This document shows, piece by piece, positions 8,994 through 18,820 of a DNA stretch of 64,000 nt; the first letter of the stretch is position 1, and the number at the start of each line of letters is the position of its first letter. Where the stretch lies: positions 452-64,451 of the forward strand of contig CAZFUT010000003.1 in assembly GCA_964522425.1 (NCBI GenBank). Reading direction: 5' to 3'. This DNA is from an uncultured Oscillospiraceae bacterium. Lineage in GTDB: Bacteria; Bacillota; Clostridia; Christensenellales; Aristaeellaceae. The notes under the pieces are model-generated. The model was not told the DNA's origin. It was given only the letters and a program-made list of their open reading frames with translations, and made no database searches. The translations under genes and the position numbers were made by a program.

Positions 8994-9028
8994 AGCAATT
9001 CCGCCTTTCTATATATAATCTTTACAGA

Positions 9029-10486
9029 TTATTCATGTGCCGGACGGCCGACCAGGCGGCCTTTGCTGATGGCGTAGATGTCATCCACGCACATCTGGAA
9101 CGATACATCGCGGCCTTCAGCTGTGCCGCGCTGCTTCAGCATTTCCTTATGGAAATCCACGATATCCTTTGAGAAGGGAAGGTTGCCGATATTGAGGAAA
9201 CGGACGGCGCCCTTGTTGTCGCGCGCAGGCAGCATCTTGCCCGCGTTGTAGCGGCTTGGCGCAAAGGGAACGTCGATCACGCCCGCTTCAAAGGCGCGCA
9301 CGGTGCCAACGGCAAGGTCGCCATCGCCCAGTTCCAGCGTCTTGTCCAGAATAGCGCGGGTCTCGCGGTTGATCATGTCGATCTCGGCATTCAGCGCATT
9401 CTCACGAATCAGCTCCTGATCGGACAGCATGGCAATGACCTGCTTGGTGGCGCGCAGGCCGGCCGCGTTCGCTTCCTTCGTGGGGACGCCGATCGCCTCG
9501 TGCGGCGTTTTCACGATCACCTTGGTCGCCTTGGAAAGCGCCGCCACGGCAGAACCCCAGCAAATGACGCCGAACGCCTTCGCTTCGTCCTGCGGGAAGC
9601 CGCCCATCCACTGGTGGAGCACCGTGCTGACGACGCACTTATCATAGCCGAAGCGCTTCAGATATTCATTGGTCATTTCGCGCAGGGAATGGATGGCGGC
9701 CACGTCCTGGATCAGGTTGCCGCACTGGCCATATCCGACCGTTACGTTGCGCACGCCCTGCTCAGCGGCCAGCAGCGCTTCGATAACCGCCACGGCGTTG
9801 GAGATGGAGGCGGGCACCAGCGTGCCGGTCAAAGGCCCGAACGGCTCGCGGTTGATGGATACGCCGCGGTCCTCGTACAAACCGGTCAGACGGTCAACAT
9901 ACTGCCAGGTCTGCATGGTATGTTCCATCGAAACGTTTTTTGCATACGGAATATTGTAGGAAATGCCGCCGCCTTCAAAGCTGGTAAAGCCGCCGGCCAG
10001 CGTGATTTCGCACAGCAAGCGGGCGTCAGGCGTGCCGTGACGAACCTGAACCGGGCTCTTGACGGCTTCGGTTACCCTGCGGCAGCCTTTGACGCCGTGG
10101 TTGACGGCCGGGAAGCCGTTCAGCATGGATTTGCCGTGGCTGATGGACTCGGCAATGCCGTGCTCGGCATCGGAATAGCGGTTCAAACGGGTATAGCTGT
10201 CAATGGTGGAAGGCAGCAGATCGGCGCCGCCTTCGGTTTCCAGGAACCGCAGCAGTTCGATATGCGCATCGATCAGGGCAACGCCCGCACGGGGCTGGAT
10301 CAGCGTCGTTTTGGTTTCAATGGCCTTGTTAAGCTTCGCGCAGAAGCGCTTTTCTTCGGGAATCGCCTTTTGATATTCGATCGCTTCGTCAAAGTCTACC
10401 TCCGCCCCCGTCGGCCAAGATGCCAGTACCTCTTTACGCTGGGCAAAAAACTCCTCATCTGTCCATTTTCTAAAACGCAGTTCCAT
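9029..10486 (-). CDS. glmE: glutamate mutase (methylaspartate mutase) epsilon/E subunit
   Basis: [13 protein letters not shown]...[48 protein letters not shown]-like, [46 protein letters not shown]. These match recalled C. cochlearium GlmE. Start set at MELR (GAAAGGA SD); it overlaps the glmL stop by 17 nt. Confidence 0.95.
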   Translation of the reverse strand: MELRFRKWTDEEFFAQRKEVLASWPTGAEVDFDEAIEYQKAIPEEKRFCAKLNKAIETKTTLIQPRAGVALIDAHIELLRFLETEGGADLLPSTIDSYTRLNRYSDAEHGIAESISHGKSMLNGFPAVNHGVKGCRRVTEAVKSPVQVRHGTPDARLLCEITLAGGFTSFEGGGISYNIPYAKNVSMEHTMQTWQYVDRLTGLYEDRGVSINREPFGPLTGTLVPASISNAVAVIEALLAAEQGVRNVTVGYGQCGNLIQDVAAIHSLREMTNEYLKRFGYDKCVVSTVLHQWMGGFPQDEAKAFGVICWGSAVAALSKATKVIVKTPHEAIGVPTKEANAAGLRATKQVIAMLSDQELIRENALNAEIDMINRETRAILDKTLELGDGDLAVGTVRAFEAGVIDVPFAPSRYNAGKMLPARDNKGAVRFLNIGNLPFSKDIVDFHKEMLKQRGTAEGRDVSFQMCVDDIYAISKGRLVGRPAHE

Positions 10487-11870
10487 TCGTTTCATCCTTT
10501 CCAAACGTATTCTTTAGAATCTTCAGTGCGATGTTCTGATCGTATGTCGCCAGCAAACCCAGCGCAGAAAGGATATACTGCTTATCGAGCATCACATTTG
10601 CGTGGCGCGGGATCAGCAGCCTTTCATCCTGTACGTTTACCGCTTCTTTGACGATATCCTCATAGTGCGCGGAGTGAATCAGCGCGCCGCCTGTTACCAG
10701 AATATAATTGATCTCGCTGAGGTCTTTCCCCGCCTGCTGGTAGACAGGCCCGCACGGCGTATACACCATTTCAAGCGTACCCGCGTGCCTGCAAAGCCCT
10801 GTACGGACAGCGAGCGCGGCCAAGGCAAAATCCATCATCCGCTCCTCATCGTCATCGGGCAGAACGGATTTATCCTCCTGAATCTTCCGCAGCCACTCAG
10901 CGGCTTTCTCTTCGCTGTATCCGCTGATACGGGCCATTTCATCCAAACCGCAGGCCTCGACAATGCCGTGCGCGCTGTAACGCATACCGATATCGCCTTC
11001 AACGGTGCGTTTGGCATACGGCTCAGGCAGGCCGTGCAGGATGGTGCCGGGGTTGACGGGTTCACCCTTGGCAATTGAGTAGATATCCGTTGTGGCACCG
11101 CCCAGATCCACCGCCACCAGTTCGCCGATGCCCTTTTCCTGCTTTGTTCCTTCGCACAGCAGGGTAAGCGCGGTGAGTACGGCGGCGGGCGTCGGCATGA
11201 CGATGCCTTCGATCAGCCCCTTTTCTTTGCTGAGGCCCTTGCCGGATATGATCCGCTCAAGGAATATCCGCCGGATGATCGCCTGCGCCGGTTCAATGTT
11301 GAGTTTATTCAGCGAAGGCATCACATTTTCCGTCACAAAGAGCGGATGCTTCCCGCCCTCCAACAGTTCCGCACAAGCATCCTGAGAGGCGCGATTGCCC
11401 GCAATCACGATGGGGAACGATTTTTCCGAGCCAGCCAGCATCTTTGCGTTATGCTCGATGACCTCGGTATTTCCCCCATCCGTTCCGCCGGTCAGCAAAA
11501 AAATTTCGGGATTGATGCCATCAATCTCCCTGATATCGCTTTTCGTCAGCTGATAGGCGTATGTTTTAATGACTTTCGCACCGGCGCCGAAGGCCGCAAG
11601 GCGCGCCGCTTTCGCCGTTAAAGACGGTACAAGCCCACAGGCCACCATCCTCAGCCCGCCCGCCGCGCTGGAACACGCCATACGCTTGACGTACTCGATC
11701 GGGCCTGTCTTGGCCTGCAGTTCGGCAAACGCCTTTTCAAAGCCGATCATCACATCGGTCGCCGCGGTCGTGAAGTCATCCGCCGTTGCCAGAATGCTCA
11801 GTGAATCCAGATCGACAGCGGTCAGCTTTGTATAGGTCGAGCCAAAGTCTATTAACAGTACTGCCTGCAT
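10470..11870 (-). CDS. glmL: glutamate mutase reactivase/accessory protein GlmL (MutL)
   Basis: Sits between the S and E subunits as in clostridial mut/glm operons. ASKHA-type N-terminus [21 protein letters not shown] and [12 protein letters not shown]. Start trimmed to the Met 4 nt after the glmS stop. Confidence 0.85.
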   Translation of the reverse strand: MQAVLLIDFGSTYTKLTAVDLDSLSILATADDFTTAATDVMIGFEKAFAELQAKTGPIEYVKRMACSSAAGGLRMVACGLVPSLTAKAARLAAFGAGAKVIKTYAYQLTKSDIREIDGINPEIFLLTGGTDGGNTEVIEHNAKMLAGSEKSFPIVIAGNRASQDACAELLEGGKHPLFVTENVMPSLNKLNIEPAQAIIRRIFLERIISGKGLSKEKGLIEGIVMPTPAAVLTALTLLCEGTKQEKGIGELVAVDLGGATTDIYSIAKGEPVNPGTILHGLPEPYAKRTVEGDIGMRYSAHGIVEACGLDEMARISGYSEEKAAEWLRKIQEDKSVLPDDDEERMMDFALAALAVRTGLCRHAGTLEMVYTPCGPVYQQAGKDLSEINYILVTGGALIHSAHYEDIVKEAVNVQDERLLIPRHANVMLDKQYILSALGLLATYDQNIALKILKNTFGKDETNGTAF

Positions 11871-11874
11871 GGTA

Positions 11875-12291
11875 TTACTTTTCTCCGTAAAGGTCTTCCT
11901 TAAGCGCTGCGATGGTCGTTTCGGGCGAAGTGCCCGGCCCGAACACGCGGTCAAAGCCCATGGCGAGGAAACGCTCACGGACTTCTTCAAAGGGCTGTTT
12001 GCCCACCACGATGTTGCCGCCGACGTACAGCAGGATGCCCTTTAGTCCCGCCTCGTTGCACTTGTCGCGCAAGCCGGCGCAGTCGAGCTCTCCGTGGCCG
12101 TAAAGAGAAGAAACCAGAATCGCATCCGCCTTGGCCTCGATGGCCGCCTCAATGTATTCCTCCTGCGACACCATAACGCCCAGGTTGATTACATTGAAGC
12201 CGGCCTCCCGGAAGGCAAAGTAGAGAATCTGGTTTCCGACCGCGTGCACATCTGCACCAATGACACCAATGATCAAGGTTTTCCTTTCCAT
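11875..12291 (-). CDS. glmS: glutamate mutase sigma/S (B12-binding) subunit
   Basis: 138 aa. DxHxxG cobalamin motif [12 protein letters not shown]; [13 protein letters not shown]; [14 protein letters not shown]. Matches recalled MutS/GlmS of C. tetanomorphum/cochlearium. Confidence 0.95.
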   Translation of the reverse strand: MERKTLIIGVIGADVHAVGNQILYFAFREAGFNVINLGVMVSQEEYIEAAIEAKADAILVSSLYGHGELDCAGLRDKCNEAGLKGILLYVGGNIVVGKQPFEEVRERFLAMGFDRVFGPGTSPETTIAALKEDLYGEK

Positions 12292-12322
12292 ATATGACGC
12301 CTCCCTAGCATTTTACACGGCA

Positions 12323-12351
12323 ATCATACCGTATTCTTTGGGATTTGTCAA
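12323..12351 (-). promoter_or_regulatory. promoter of glmS-glmL-glmE-mal
   Basis: Minus strand: TTGACA (12351-12346), 17 nt, TATGAT (12328-12323), about 30 nt before the GGGAGG/ATG of glmS. Confidence 0.55.
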
Positions 12352-12377
12352 ACTTTTAAGGGCAAAATTCCGCATTT

Positions 12378-14348
12378 TTATAAAACTACTTCTATATTTT
12401 CTTCTCCGGTAGGCTTCCGATAAGCAGAGCGCATCTCAATCGACTCATTTGCGCAGCGGTTAACGTCTTCCGGGGGCTTATAGGTCGGCACAATATCCAT
12501 CATGGCGCTTCTGACCTCACCGTTATCGTCAGCCGCTGTGAGCGTTTTTTGGAGACGCCGAAGGATAGCGTCCACTTCCTCACGGGTACAGCGCTGGTCA
12601 TGGTCGATATAAATCCGTTCGTCCTCGGTTTTGCTGACGGTTTCACGGTCGATGAGCAGCTCTTCATACAGCTTTTCGCCCGGGCGAAGCCCGATCTCCA
12701 CGATATCAATATCCTTATAGGGCCGGTATCCGGAAAGCGCGATCAGGCTTTCCGCCATGTCAATGATTTTGACAGGGCTTCCCATATCCAGCACATAAAT
12801 TTCTGCTTTTTCGCCGCGTATGCCCGTTCGCATGACCAGCTGAACCGCTTCCGATATCGTCATGAAATAACGGATGATTCTCTTATCGGTCAGCGTTACA
12901 GGGCCGCCGGCTTCAATCTGGCGCTTGAACAGGGGCACAACGGAGCCGTTCGACCCCAGCACATTGCCGAATCGAACGGCAACAAAGTCTGTTTTACTGT
13001 CTTTCCGGCTTTGGATGATGATTTCGCACAGCCGTTTGGTTGCGCCCATGATGTTTGTGGGATTGACCGCCTTATCGGTGGAAATCATGACAAACCGCTG
13101 CACACCGAACTCTTCGGCCAACTCGATCACATTCAGCGTGCCAAACACATTGTTGCGCACAGCCTCGGCGCAATTCTCCTCCATCAGGGGAACATGCTTG
13201 TGCGCCGCCGCGTGGAATACCACCTGCGGCCGATAAGCTGCGAACGTTTCCCGCATGGCGCGCTGGTCGCATACGGAACAGATGACAACCTGAAGGTCCG
13301 TTTCTCCGCCCAAAGCTTCCTTCAGCTCCTGCTGGATATCGTAGACGCCGTTTTCATATATATCCAGCAGCACAAGCCTTGCGGGCTTCGCCCTCACGAT
13401 CTGCCGGGCCAGCTCGCTCCCGATGGATCCGCCGCCGCCGGTTATCAGGATTGTTTTCCCCGTATAATATTGCCTTGTTTCTTTGATATCCATATGGACC
13501 GCTTTTCGCTGCAGCAGGTCTTCGATGTTGATTTCCCGAATGGTTCTTTTGCCGTTTTCGGCGTCAGGGCCATCCAGGGGATAATCGTACAGTTTGATTT
13601 TACAGCCGGTCTTTTTATAGCTGTCGAGCACCTGCCGCTGCGTCTGAGCGTCCATGTTCGGCAGCGCGATGATGATTTCCTGTATGGGGAAGGACTCGAT
13701 GATTTCGAGGGCTTTTTCGTCCGGCCCTAACACGGGAATGCCTGACACCATGCTGCCGATTTTACGGGGATTGTTGTCAAAAAAGCATACCGGCGTATAT
13801 TGCCCGTTGGGTTTCAGGCGAAGTTCCTCTGCCAAAATAGCGCCCAGTTCCCCTGCCCCCACGATGGCGACGCCGATTTTATTGTTCTTTGACTCTGTAT
13901 TTTCTTCCCGCCTGTTGCCGAAGATTCCGGGTACTCTGCGCAACGCCTGATACAGAAAACGCGAAGAAAGCGTGGCCAATAGCCCCGTGCCGATAGAAGA
14001 AACCGCGTTGGCAACAGGCACGTTGACGCTAAGCAGCAAACGGTCAAGCAGCAAATAAACGACACCCGCGGCCAGATCGCTTAACACCATGCGCAGATAG
14101 ACCATGGCGTTTGCATACCGCCACATTTGATTATAAATGCTCAAAGAAAAGCGAAAGGCAAATACAACGCCAAGCATCACATAAAGGTTTTCGGCTTTAT
14201 ATGCCTTGATATGGTAGATATCCGGCGAACGGTTCAGGAAAACCAGGCCCGCAACAAGAAAGCATAGGATATCGATCAGGATCAACAGCAGGATTCGATA
14301 CTTTGCGGCGATCAATTTACCCGCGCGCAGTTTTCTGTCAGTCGACAT
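12378..14348 (-). CDS. membrane-anchored polysaccharide biosynthesis protein, CapD/PglF/WbpM-type NDP-sugar 4,6-dehydratase
   Basis: 656 aa. Four N-terminal TM helices, a first Rossmann motif (VGAGELGA), then SDR-extended motifs TGGGGSIGSEL, VFHAAAHKHVP and FVMISTDKAVNPTN. Confidence 0.8.
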   Translation of the reverse strand: MSTDRKLRAGKLIAAKYRILLLILIDILCFLVAGLVFLNRSPDIYHIKAYKAENLYVMLGVVFAFRFSLSIYNQMWRYANAMVYLRMVLSDLAAGVVYLLLDRLLLSVNVPVANAVSSIGTGLLATLSSRFLYQALRRVPGIFGNRREENTESKNNKIGVAIVGAGELGAILAEELRLKPNGQYTPVCFFDNNPRKIGSMVSGIPVLGPDEKALEIIESFPIQEIIIALPNMDAQTQRQVLDSYKKTGCKIKLYDYPLDGPDAENGKRTIREINIEDLLQRKAVHMDIKETRQYYTGKTILITGGGGSIGSELARQIVRAKPARLVLLDIYENGVYDIQQELKEALGGETDLQVVICSVCDQRAMRETFAAYRPQVVFHAAAHKHVPLMEENCAEAVRNNVFGTLNVIELAEEFGVQRFVMISTDKAVNPTNIMGATKRLCEIIIQSRKDSKTDFVAVRFGNVLGSNGSVVPLFKRQIEAGGPVTLTDKRIIRYFMTISEAVQLVMRTGIRGEKAEIYVLDMGSPVKIIDMAESLIALSGYRPYKDIDIVEIGLRPGEKLYEELLIDRETVSKTEDERIYIDHDQRCTREEVDAILRRLQKTLTAADDNGEVRSAMMDIVPTYKPPEDVNRCANESIEMRSAYRKPTGEENIEVVL

Positions 14349-14375
14349 TATTTCCAGTCCTTACCCCATTCTTTA

Positions 14376-14774
14376 TCATCTTCTTAAGGCCTTGGGTTTC
14401 CCCAGAATTTCGCTCATCACGACCGAGCGCACCAATTCGGATTTCCCAAGCGCCCAATGATTGGCCTTGGGTTTTTCATTCGCCTGAAGAGCGTTTGACG
14501 GAGCATCCGAAATTTCCTGAACGGACGGCATCTCCTCCAAGCTGACAAAAGAATCCGAAACAGCCTTATTCGGGCGCGGCGGTAAAGACGCTTTCTGTTT
14601 GGGCCGGGGAGTCTTTGCCTGCGTTCGGGAGGGCTGTGGCTGCGGCCTCTCGGCCGGTATATTGAATTGCTTCTTGATTTCCGCTTTCTTTTCAGGCGTT
14701 AGCCTTGCAGAAATTTTCTTTGCGATGGACACAATAAAGAATATTGTAACCAGCAGCTGCAGCATGCCTGCCAA
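14376..14774 (-). CDS. hypothetical small membrane-anchored Pro/Lys-rich protein downstream of floA
   Basis: 132-aa ORF with a TTG start 5 nt after GGGGGAG. It has one N-terminal TM helix, a disordered P/K/Q-rich middle and a conserved-looking C-terminus (SELVRSVVMSEILGKPKALRR). It occupies the position of yqfB in the Bacillus nfeD-floA-yqfB arrangement. Confidence 0.5.
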   Translation of the reverse strand: MAGMLQLLVTIFFIVSIAKKISARLTPEKKAEIKKQFNIPAERPQPQPSRTQAKTPRPKQKASLPPRPNKAVSDSFVSLEEMPSVQEISDAPSNALQANEKPKANHWALGKSELVRSVVMSEILGKPKALRR

Positions 14775-14811
14775 ATACAGCTCCCCCTTTCTTCATCGCT
14801 GTCATTTCCCT

Positions 14812-15813
14812 TTATTTATTATCCGCGACGGGCTGAGGCGCGTCCGCATCCGCCGCCTTGGAAATGCCTTCGCGCATGGAGGTATCGGCCATGATATTCT
14901 GCATGTGATAGTAATCCATGACGCCAAGCTTGCCTGTACGCAGCGCTTCGGCCATCGCCAGCGGGACTTCGGCTTCAGCGGCCACGACCTTCGCACGCAT
15001 CTCCTGCACCTGCGCCTTCATTTCCTGCTCGTGCGCAACGGCCATGGCGCGGCGTTCCTCGGCTCTGGCCTGTGCAATGCGGCGATCCGCTTCGGCCTGA
15101 TCCATCTGCAGCTGCGCGCCGATGTTGCGGCCCACATCCACGTCGGCAATATCAATCGAAAGAATCTCATAAGCGGTGCCGGCGTCAAGGCCTTTGTTCA
15201 GCACCGTATGGCTGATCTTGTCCGGGTTTTCAAGCACCGCTTTATGCGTGTCGGAGGAACCGATGGTGGTAACAATGCCTTCGCCGACACGGGCGATAAT
15301 GGTTTCTTCGCCTGCGCCGCCCACCAGCTGCTGAATATTGGTGCGCACCGTGACGCGCGCCTTGACGCGCAATTCGATGCCGTCCATGGCCATGGCGGAA
15401 ACGGGCGGGGTTTCGATGATCTTCGGGTTGACGCTCATCTGCACAGCCTGCAGCACATCGCGGCCCGCAAGGTCGATCGCGCAGGCCTGTTCAAACTGCA
15501 GCGGGATCCCCGCCTGCTGGGCGGAAATCTGCGCTTTGATGACGCGCTCAATGTTGCCGCCGGCAAGAAAATGCTTTTCAAGCTGGTTGATGCTCAGGTT
15601 AAGGCCTGCCTTGCTCGCCGTGATCAGCGCGTCCACCAGCCTGTGCGGCGAAATGCGGCGCAGGCGCATACCGATCAGCATCCCGATGGTCAGCGGCACG
15701 CCGGACGCGCGCGCACGAATCCAAAGCCCCAGCGGAACATAACGGAAGAACACCATAATCAGCATCAGAGCAGCTGCGACAATAATTCCGAACAATACTT
15801 CAGTCATTTTCAT
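14812..15813 (-). CDS. floA: flotillin-like protein FloA (UPF0365/YqfA)
   Basis: 333 aa. N-terminal [39 protein letters not shown]...[30 protein letters not shown]. This is the typical FloA signature. Confidence 0.9.
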   Translation of the reverse strand: MKMTEVLFGIIVAAALMLIMVFFRYVPLGLWIRARASGVPLTIGMLIGMRLRRISPHRLVDALITASKAGLNLSINQLEKHFLAGGNIERVIKAQISAQQAGIPLQFEQACAIDLAGRDVLQAVQMSVNPKIIETPPVSAMAMDGIELRVKARVTVRTNIQQLVGGAGEETIIARVGEGIVTTIGSSDTHKAVLENPDKISHTVLNKGLDAGTAYEILSIDIADVDVGRNIGAQLQMDQAEADRRIAQARAEERRAMAVAHEQEMKAQVQEMRAKVVAAEAEVPLAMAEALRTGKLGVMDYYHMQNIMADTSMREGISKAADADAPQPVADNK

Positions 15814-15833
15814 TTTCCTCCATTATTGGTTCA

Positions 15834-16328
15834 TTATACTTTTTGCACGACAACACGCGCGCCTTCCGTTTCCACTACGCGAACGGGAGCCTGTTTCTCA
15901 ATGAATTCACCGCGGCTGACCACATTGACCCGTTGGCCGCCGAAAGACGCGATCCCGCTTGGGCGAAGCACCGTCAGCGCTACGCCTTCCATGCCCAGAT
16001 ACTTGCCCAGATCTTCACTGGCCGCGTACCCTTCTTCCTTTGAAGAAGAACCCTTCAGCACCAGCGCGGTGCGCGAAAGCCTGCCGGAGCTGGCAGAACG
16101 CAGCGTCAGCGTTACGCAGAGGCCCGCAAGGGCGAGAACGGCAAGCGTCGCGCCTATCCCCGCCAACGAGCCGTATTTAGACCAAGTGAGGTAGATGGCG
16201 ACGCCCAGCAAGGCAACGCCGGAAACACCGGGCAGGCCAAAGCCCGGCATCAGGGCTTCGACCACCAGCAAAACAATACCAACGATCAATGCAATCAACA
16301 TCGGAAAATTCTGAAGTATAAATTCCAT
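15834..16328 (-). CDS. nfeD: NfeD-family membrane protein (short form, C-terminal OB fold)
   Basis: Start trimmed to MEFILQNFPML (AGGAGGG SD). Three TM helices, then a GMEGVALTVLRPSGIASFGGQRVNVVSRGEFIEKQAPVRVVETEGARVVV OB domain. Directly upstream of floA. Confidence 0.75.
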   Translation of the reverse strand: MEFILQNFPMLIALIVGIVLLVVEALMPGFGLPGVSGVALLGVAIYLTWSKYGSLAGIGATLAVLALAGLCVTLTLRSASSGRLSRTALVLKGSSSKEEGYAASEDLGKYLGMEGVALTVLRPSGIASFGGQRVNVVSRGEFIEKQAPVRVVETEGARVVVQKV

Positions 16329-16387
16329 CCTTATCCCTCCTTTATCTGTATCATACCATGATTGGCGGCTGTTGACCATAGAAAATA

Positions 16388-16972
16388 CTACGGCTGGGAA
16401 ACCTTTAACAGGATAGGCCGAAGGTTGGCAAGGTCCTGCGCATAAACAGCACGGAGCGATTGATTGTAAATCACCGCCGCCGGATGGTACAGGGGGTACA
16501 GCGGCACGCCCAGCGCAGTTTCCGTCAATTTCCCGTGCAGGCCGCCGATGGCCGCCGATTTCCCCAAAATAACTTTCAGCGGCGTATTGCCCAGCGTAAC
16601 CAATAAACGCGGGCCAACCATCCGGATTTCTTCCAGCACCCAAGGCAAAAATAACGCGATTTCCGTTTGCGAAGGCAGTCTGTTTTTCTCTTTCCCGTTT
16701 TTTCCCGGAACGGACGGGCGGATTTTGACAGCGTTTGTAATATAGATCTCCTCTCGTTTTAACGCCAATGTATCCAGAAACTCATTCAGGTTTTGGCCCG
16801 CCTTGCCAACAAAGGGACGTCCCTGTTCTTCTTCCCGTCCGCCGGGCGCTTCTCCGATCAGCATCAGGGCCGGGTGATTTCCATTGCCTTCCCCCATCAC
16901 CAGCTTTTTGCCAAAGCAGCATGGTTCATTGGAGAGCGCCTGTGCCCACTTACGGTTTACATCGTCGATCAA
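16388..16972 (-). CDS. uracil-DNA glycosylase superfamily protein, family-4-like but lacking the Fe-S cysteines
   Basis: 194 aa. Motif A LMLIGEAPGGREEEQGRPFVGKAGQNL and motif B PLYHPAAV are present. The four cluster cysteines of family 4 are absent, and there is an insertion KIRPSVPGKNGKEKNRLPS where the paralogue has KCRPPNNRVPS. ATGA overlap with the upstream UDG. Confidence 0.7.
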   Translation of the reverse strand: MIDDVNRKWAQALSNEPCCFGKKLVMGEGNGNHPALMLIGEAPGGREEEQGRPFVGKAGQNLNEFLDTLALKREEIYITNAVKIRPSVPGKNGKEKNRLPSQTEIALFLPWVLEEIRMVGPRLLVTLGNTPLKVILGKSAAIGGLHGKLTETALGVPLYPLYHPAAVIYNQSLRAVYAQDLANLRPILLKVSQP

Positions 16973-17538
16973 GATGTTTTTTCTCCCAGCTCATCCAGTT
17001 TGGCCCGCACCAGTTGTAAATCGTGCCAGGCGTCTTGCTTTTTGCTTTCATCCCGCAGCAGCGCCGCGGGGTGATACGTCGGCATGAACCACACGCCTTT
17101 GCGTTCGATCCATTGTCCGCGCATTCTCGTGATGCGCGCATCCTGAGAAATAATGTTCTGCAGCGCGGTAGACCCTAAAAGCAGAATGACCTGCGGCCGC
17201 ACCAAAGCGGTCTGCGCCCGCAGGTGGGCCTTGCACGCATCGGCTTCCTCTCTGCTGGGCACACGGTTATTGGGCGGGCGGCATTTGACAACGTTGGCAA
17301 TGTATACTTCGCCGCGATCCAGCTTGATTGCGCTTAGCATTCTGGTCAGCAGCTGGCCCGCCGGCCCCACAAAGGCAAGCCCCTGCCTGTCTTCTTCCGA
17401 GCCGGGCCCCTCCCCGATGAGCATCAGGCGGGCATCCGTATTGCCCTGTCCCGGCACCTTGTTTCGAATGCCATGGCATAAGGGGCAGGCTGCACACTGC
17501 GCAATCTGTTCCAATAGCGTCGGCCAGGATGTCTTCAA
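16969..17538 (-). CDS. uracil-DNA glycosylase, family 4 ([4Fe-4S] type)
   Basis: 189 aa. CAACPLC...GEGPGSEEDRQGLAFVGPAGQLL...NVVKCRPPNNR...ACKAHL...TYHPAALLR. This is the canonical family-4 motif set including four Cys. Confidence 0.85.
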   Translation of the reverse strand: MKTSWPTLLEQIAQCAACPLCHGIRNKVPGQGNTDARLMLIGEGPGSEEDRQGLAFVGPAGQLLTRMLSAIKLDRGEVYIANVVKCRPPNNRVPSREEADACKAHLRAQTALVRPQVILLLGSTALQNIISQDARITRMRGQWIERKGVWFMPTYHPAALLRDESKKQDAWHDLQLVRAKLDELGEKTS

Positions 17539-17754
17539 TTACTTTTTCGCCTCCAAATTCAGAAACAGCGCCGAGATATCGGCACGAAGCCAGTTATAAA
17601 GGCTGAACACCAGCAAAACCAGCACAAGAATAACGATAACGCCGAGCACCACCGCAAAAAAATCAGACATTCCCGCGGCAAAGCGCATTTGATCCCGCCG
17701 TCTGGCTTCTTCTTCGTCTTCCGGCATTTGCGCTATATCATGATACGTATCCAT
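17539..17754 (-). CDS. hypothetical small membrane protein
   Basis: 71-aa ORF with an acidic N-terminus and one TM helix (FFAVVLGVIVILVLVLLVFSLY). Its stop abuts the UDG start. No family recognised. Confidence 0.4.
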   Translation of the reverse strand: MDTYHDIAQMPEDEEEARRRDQMRFAAGMSDFFAVVLGVIVILVLVLLVFSLYNWLRADISALFLNLEAKK

Positions 17755-17908
17755 TGTTGCTATCCCCTATCATAGTCATGTTCCGGGGTATCTCCGGCTC
17801 AAACAAAACAACGTGCATAGTGCCCCAAGGACTTTTCAAAAACAATTTTATCAAGTATACTGTGTGGCGTCAACTATATCCATTACGACCTGATACAAGG
17901 AGAGTACA

Positions 17909-18820
17909 ATGAAGAAACCGATTATGGTAGTCATGGCCGCCGGTATCGGCAGCCGTTTTGGCGGGCTCAAACAGATGGCGTCCTTTGGGCTGCATGGCGA
18001 GGGCCTGATTGACTATTCGCTCTATGACGCCATCCGGGCCGGCTTTGAGCGTGTGATCTTCATCATCAATAACCGCATCAAGGACGACTTCCGCAGCTTC
18101 ATCGGCAAAAACATGGAAAGCCGTATGGATGTCCAGTATGTGTATCAGGAACTGGATAAGCTGCCGGAAGGCTTCCGCGCCCCCAAAGAGCGGATCAAGC
18201 CCTGGGGCACGGGGCACGCCATCCTCTGCTGCAAAGACTATATCGACGCCCCCTTCTGCGCCATCAACGGCGACGACCTGTACGGCCGCAGCGCCTATGA
18301 GCAGATATTCCGCTATCTGAACAACGACCCGCAGCCTTATGAGTATGCGATGGTCGGTTTCCATCTGGGCAACACCCTATCCGAAAACGGCTACGTTTCG
18401 CGCGGCATCTGCCATGAAACGGAAGACGGATATCTCGACAGCGTCGTGGAAAGGCTGCATATCGTTTCCTCCGTTGACGGCCCGCTCTATACCTTGGACG
18501 GCGATCATTATGTGCGTTTGGAAAAGGATACGATCGCTTCCATGAACATGTGGGGGCTTACGCCGGACTTTCTCGACGAGCTTGAAGAGCGCTTTGTGCC
18601 GTTTTACCGCGAAGCCATGGCAACCAATCCGCTGAAAGCGGAATTCCTGCTGCCCAACATCATCGGTGAATTGCTGAAAGAAAAGAAAGCCAGCGTAAAG
18701 GTGCTGCGCTCCGAAGACAAGTGGTTCGGCGTAACCAATGCCTCCGATAAACCGATGGTCGAAGAAGCGCTGAAGCAGTTGACCCTTCAGGGCGTATATC
18801 CCGACGGGCTTTGGCGCTGA
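17909..18820 (+). CDS. sugar-phosphate nucleotidyltransferase family protein
   Basis: 303 aa. N-terminal MAAGIGSRFGGLKQ (GxGxRxxxxxK NTP_transferase signature) and PWGTGHA. SD AAGGAGAG. Confidence 0.75.
   Translation: MKKPIMVVMAAGIGSRFGGLKQMASFGLHGEGLIDYSLYDAIRAGFERVIFIINNRIKDDFRSFIGKNMESRMDVQYVYQELDKLPEGFRAPKERIKPWGTGHAILCCKDYIDAPFCAINGDDLYGRSAYEQIFRYLNNDPQPYEYAMVGFHLGNTLSENGYVSRGICHETEDGYLDSVVERLHIVSSVDGPLYTLDGDHYVRLEKDTIASMNMWGLTPDFLDELEERFVPFYREAMATNPLKAEFLLPNIIGELLKEKKASVKVLRSEDKWFGVTNASDKPMVEEALKQLTLQGVYPDGLWR

Noticed and set aside
7707-9077. Very long ORFs antisense to well-identified genes. Examples: 7707-9077 opposite mal, 6497-7750, 9500-10651 opposite glmE, 12549-13730 opposite the CapD-like gene, 14599-16194 opposite floA/nfeD, 33024-34202 opposite the prs-like gene, and 57784-58650 opposite lepB.
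   Set aside because: Each lies opposite a gene with strong family motifs. Their translations are Arg/Ala/Gly/His-rich low-information sequence typical of stop-poor antisense frames in high-GC DNA. None has a convincing SD or start context.
12292-12377. A cobalamin riboswitch upstream of the B12-dependent glutamate mutase operon.
   Set aside because: The whole intergenic region is 86 nt and is accounted for by a promoter and an SD, which is far too short for a cobalamin riboswitch.
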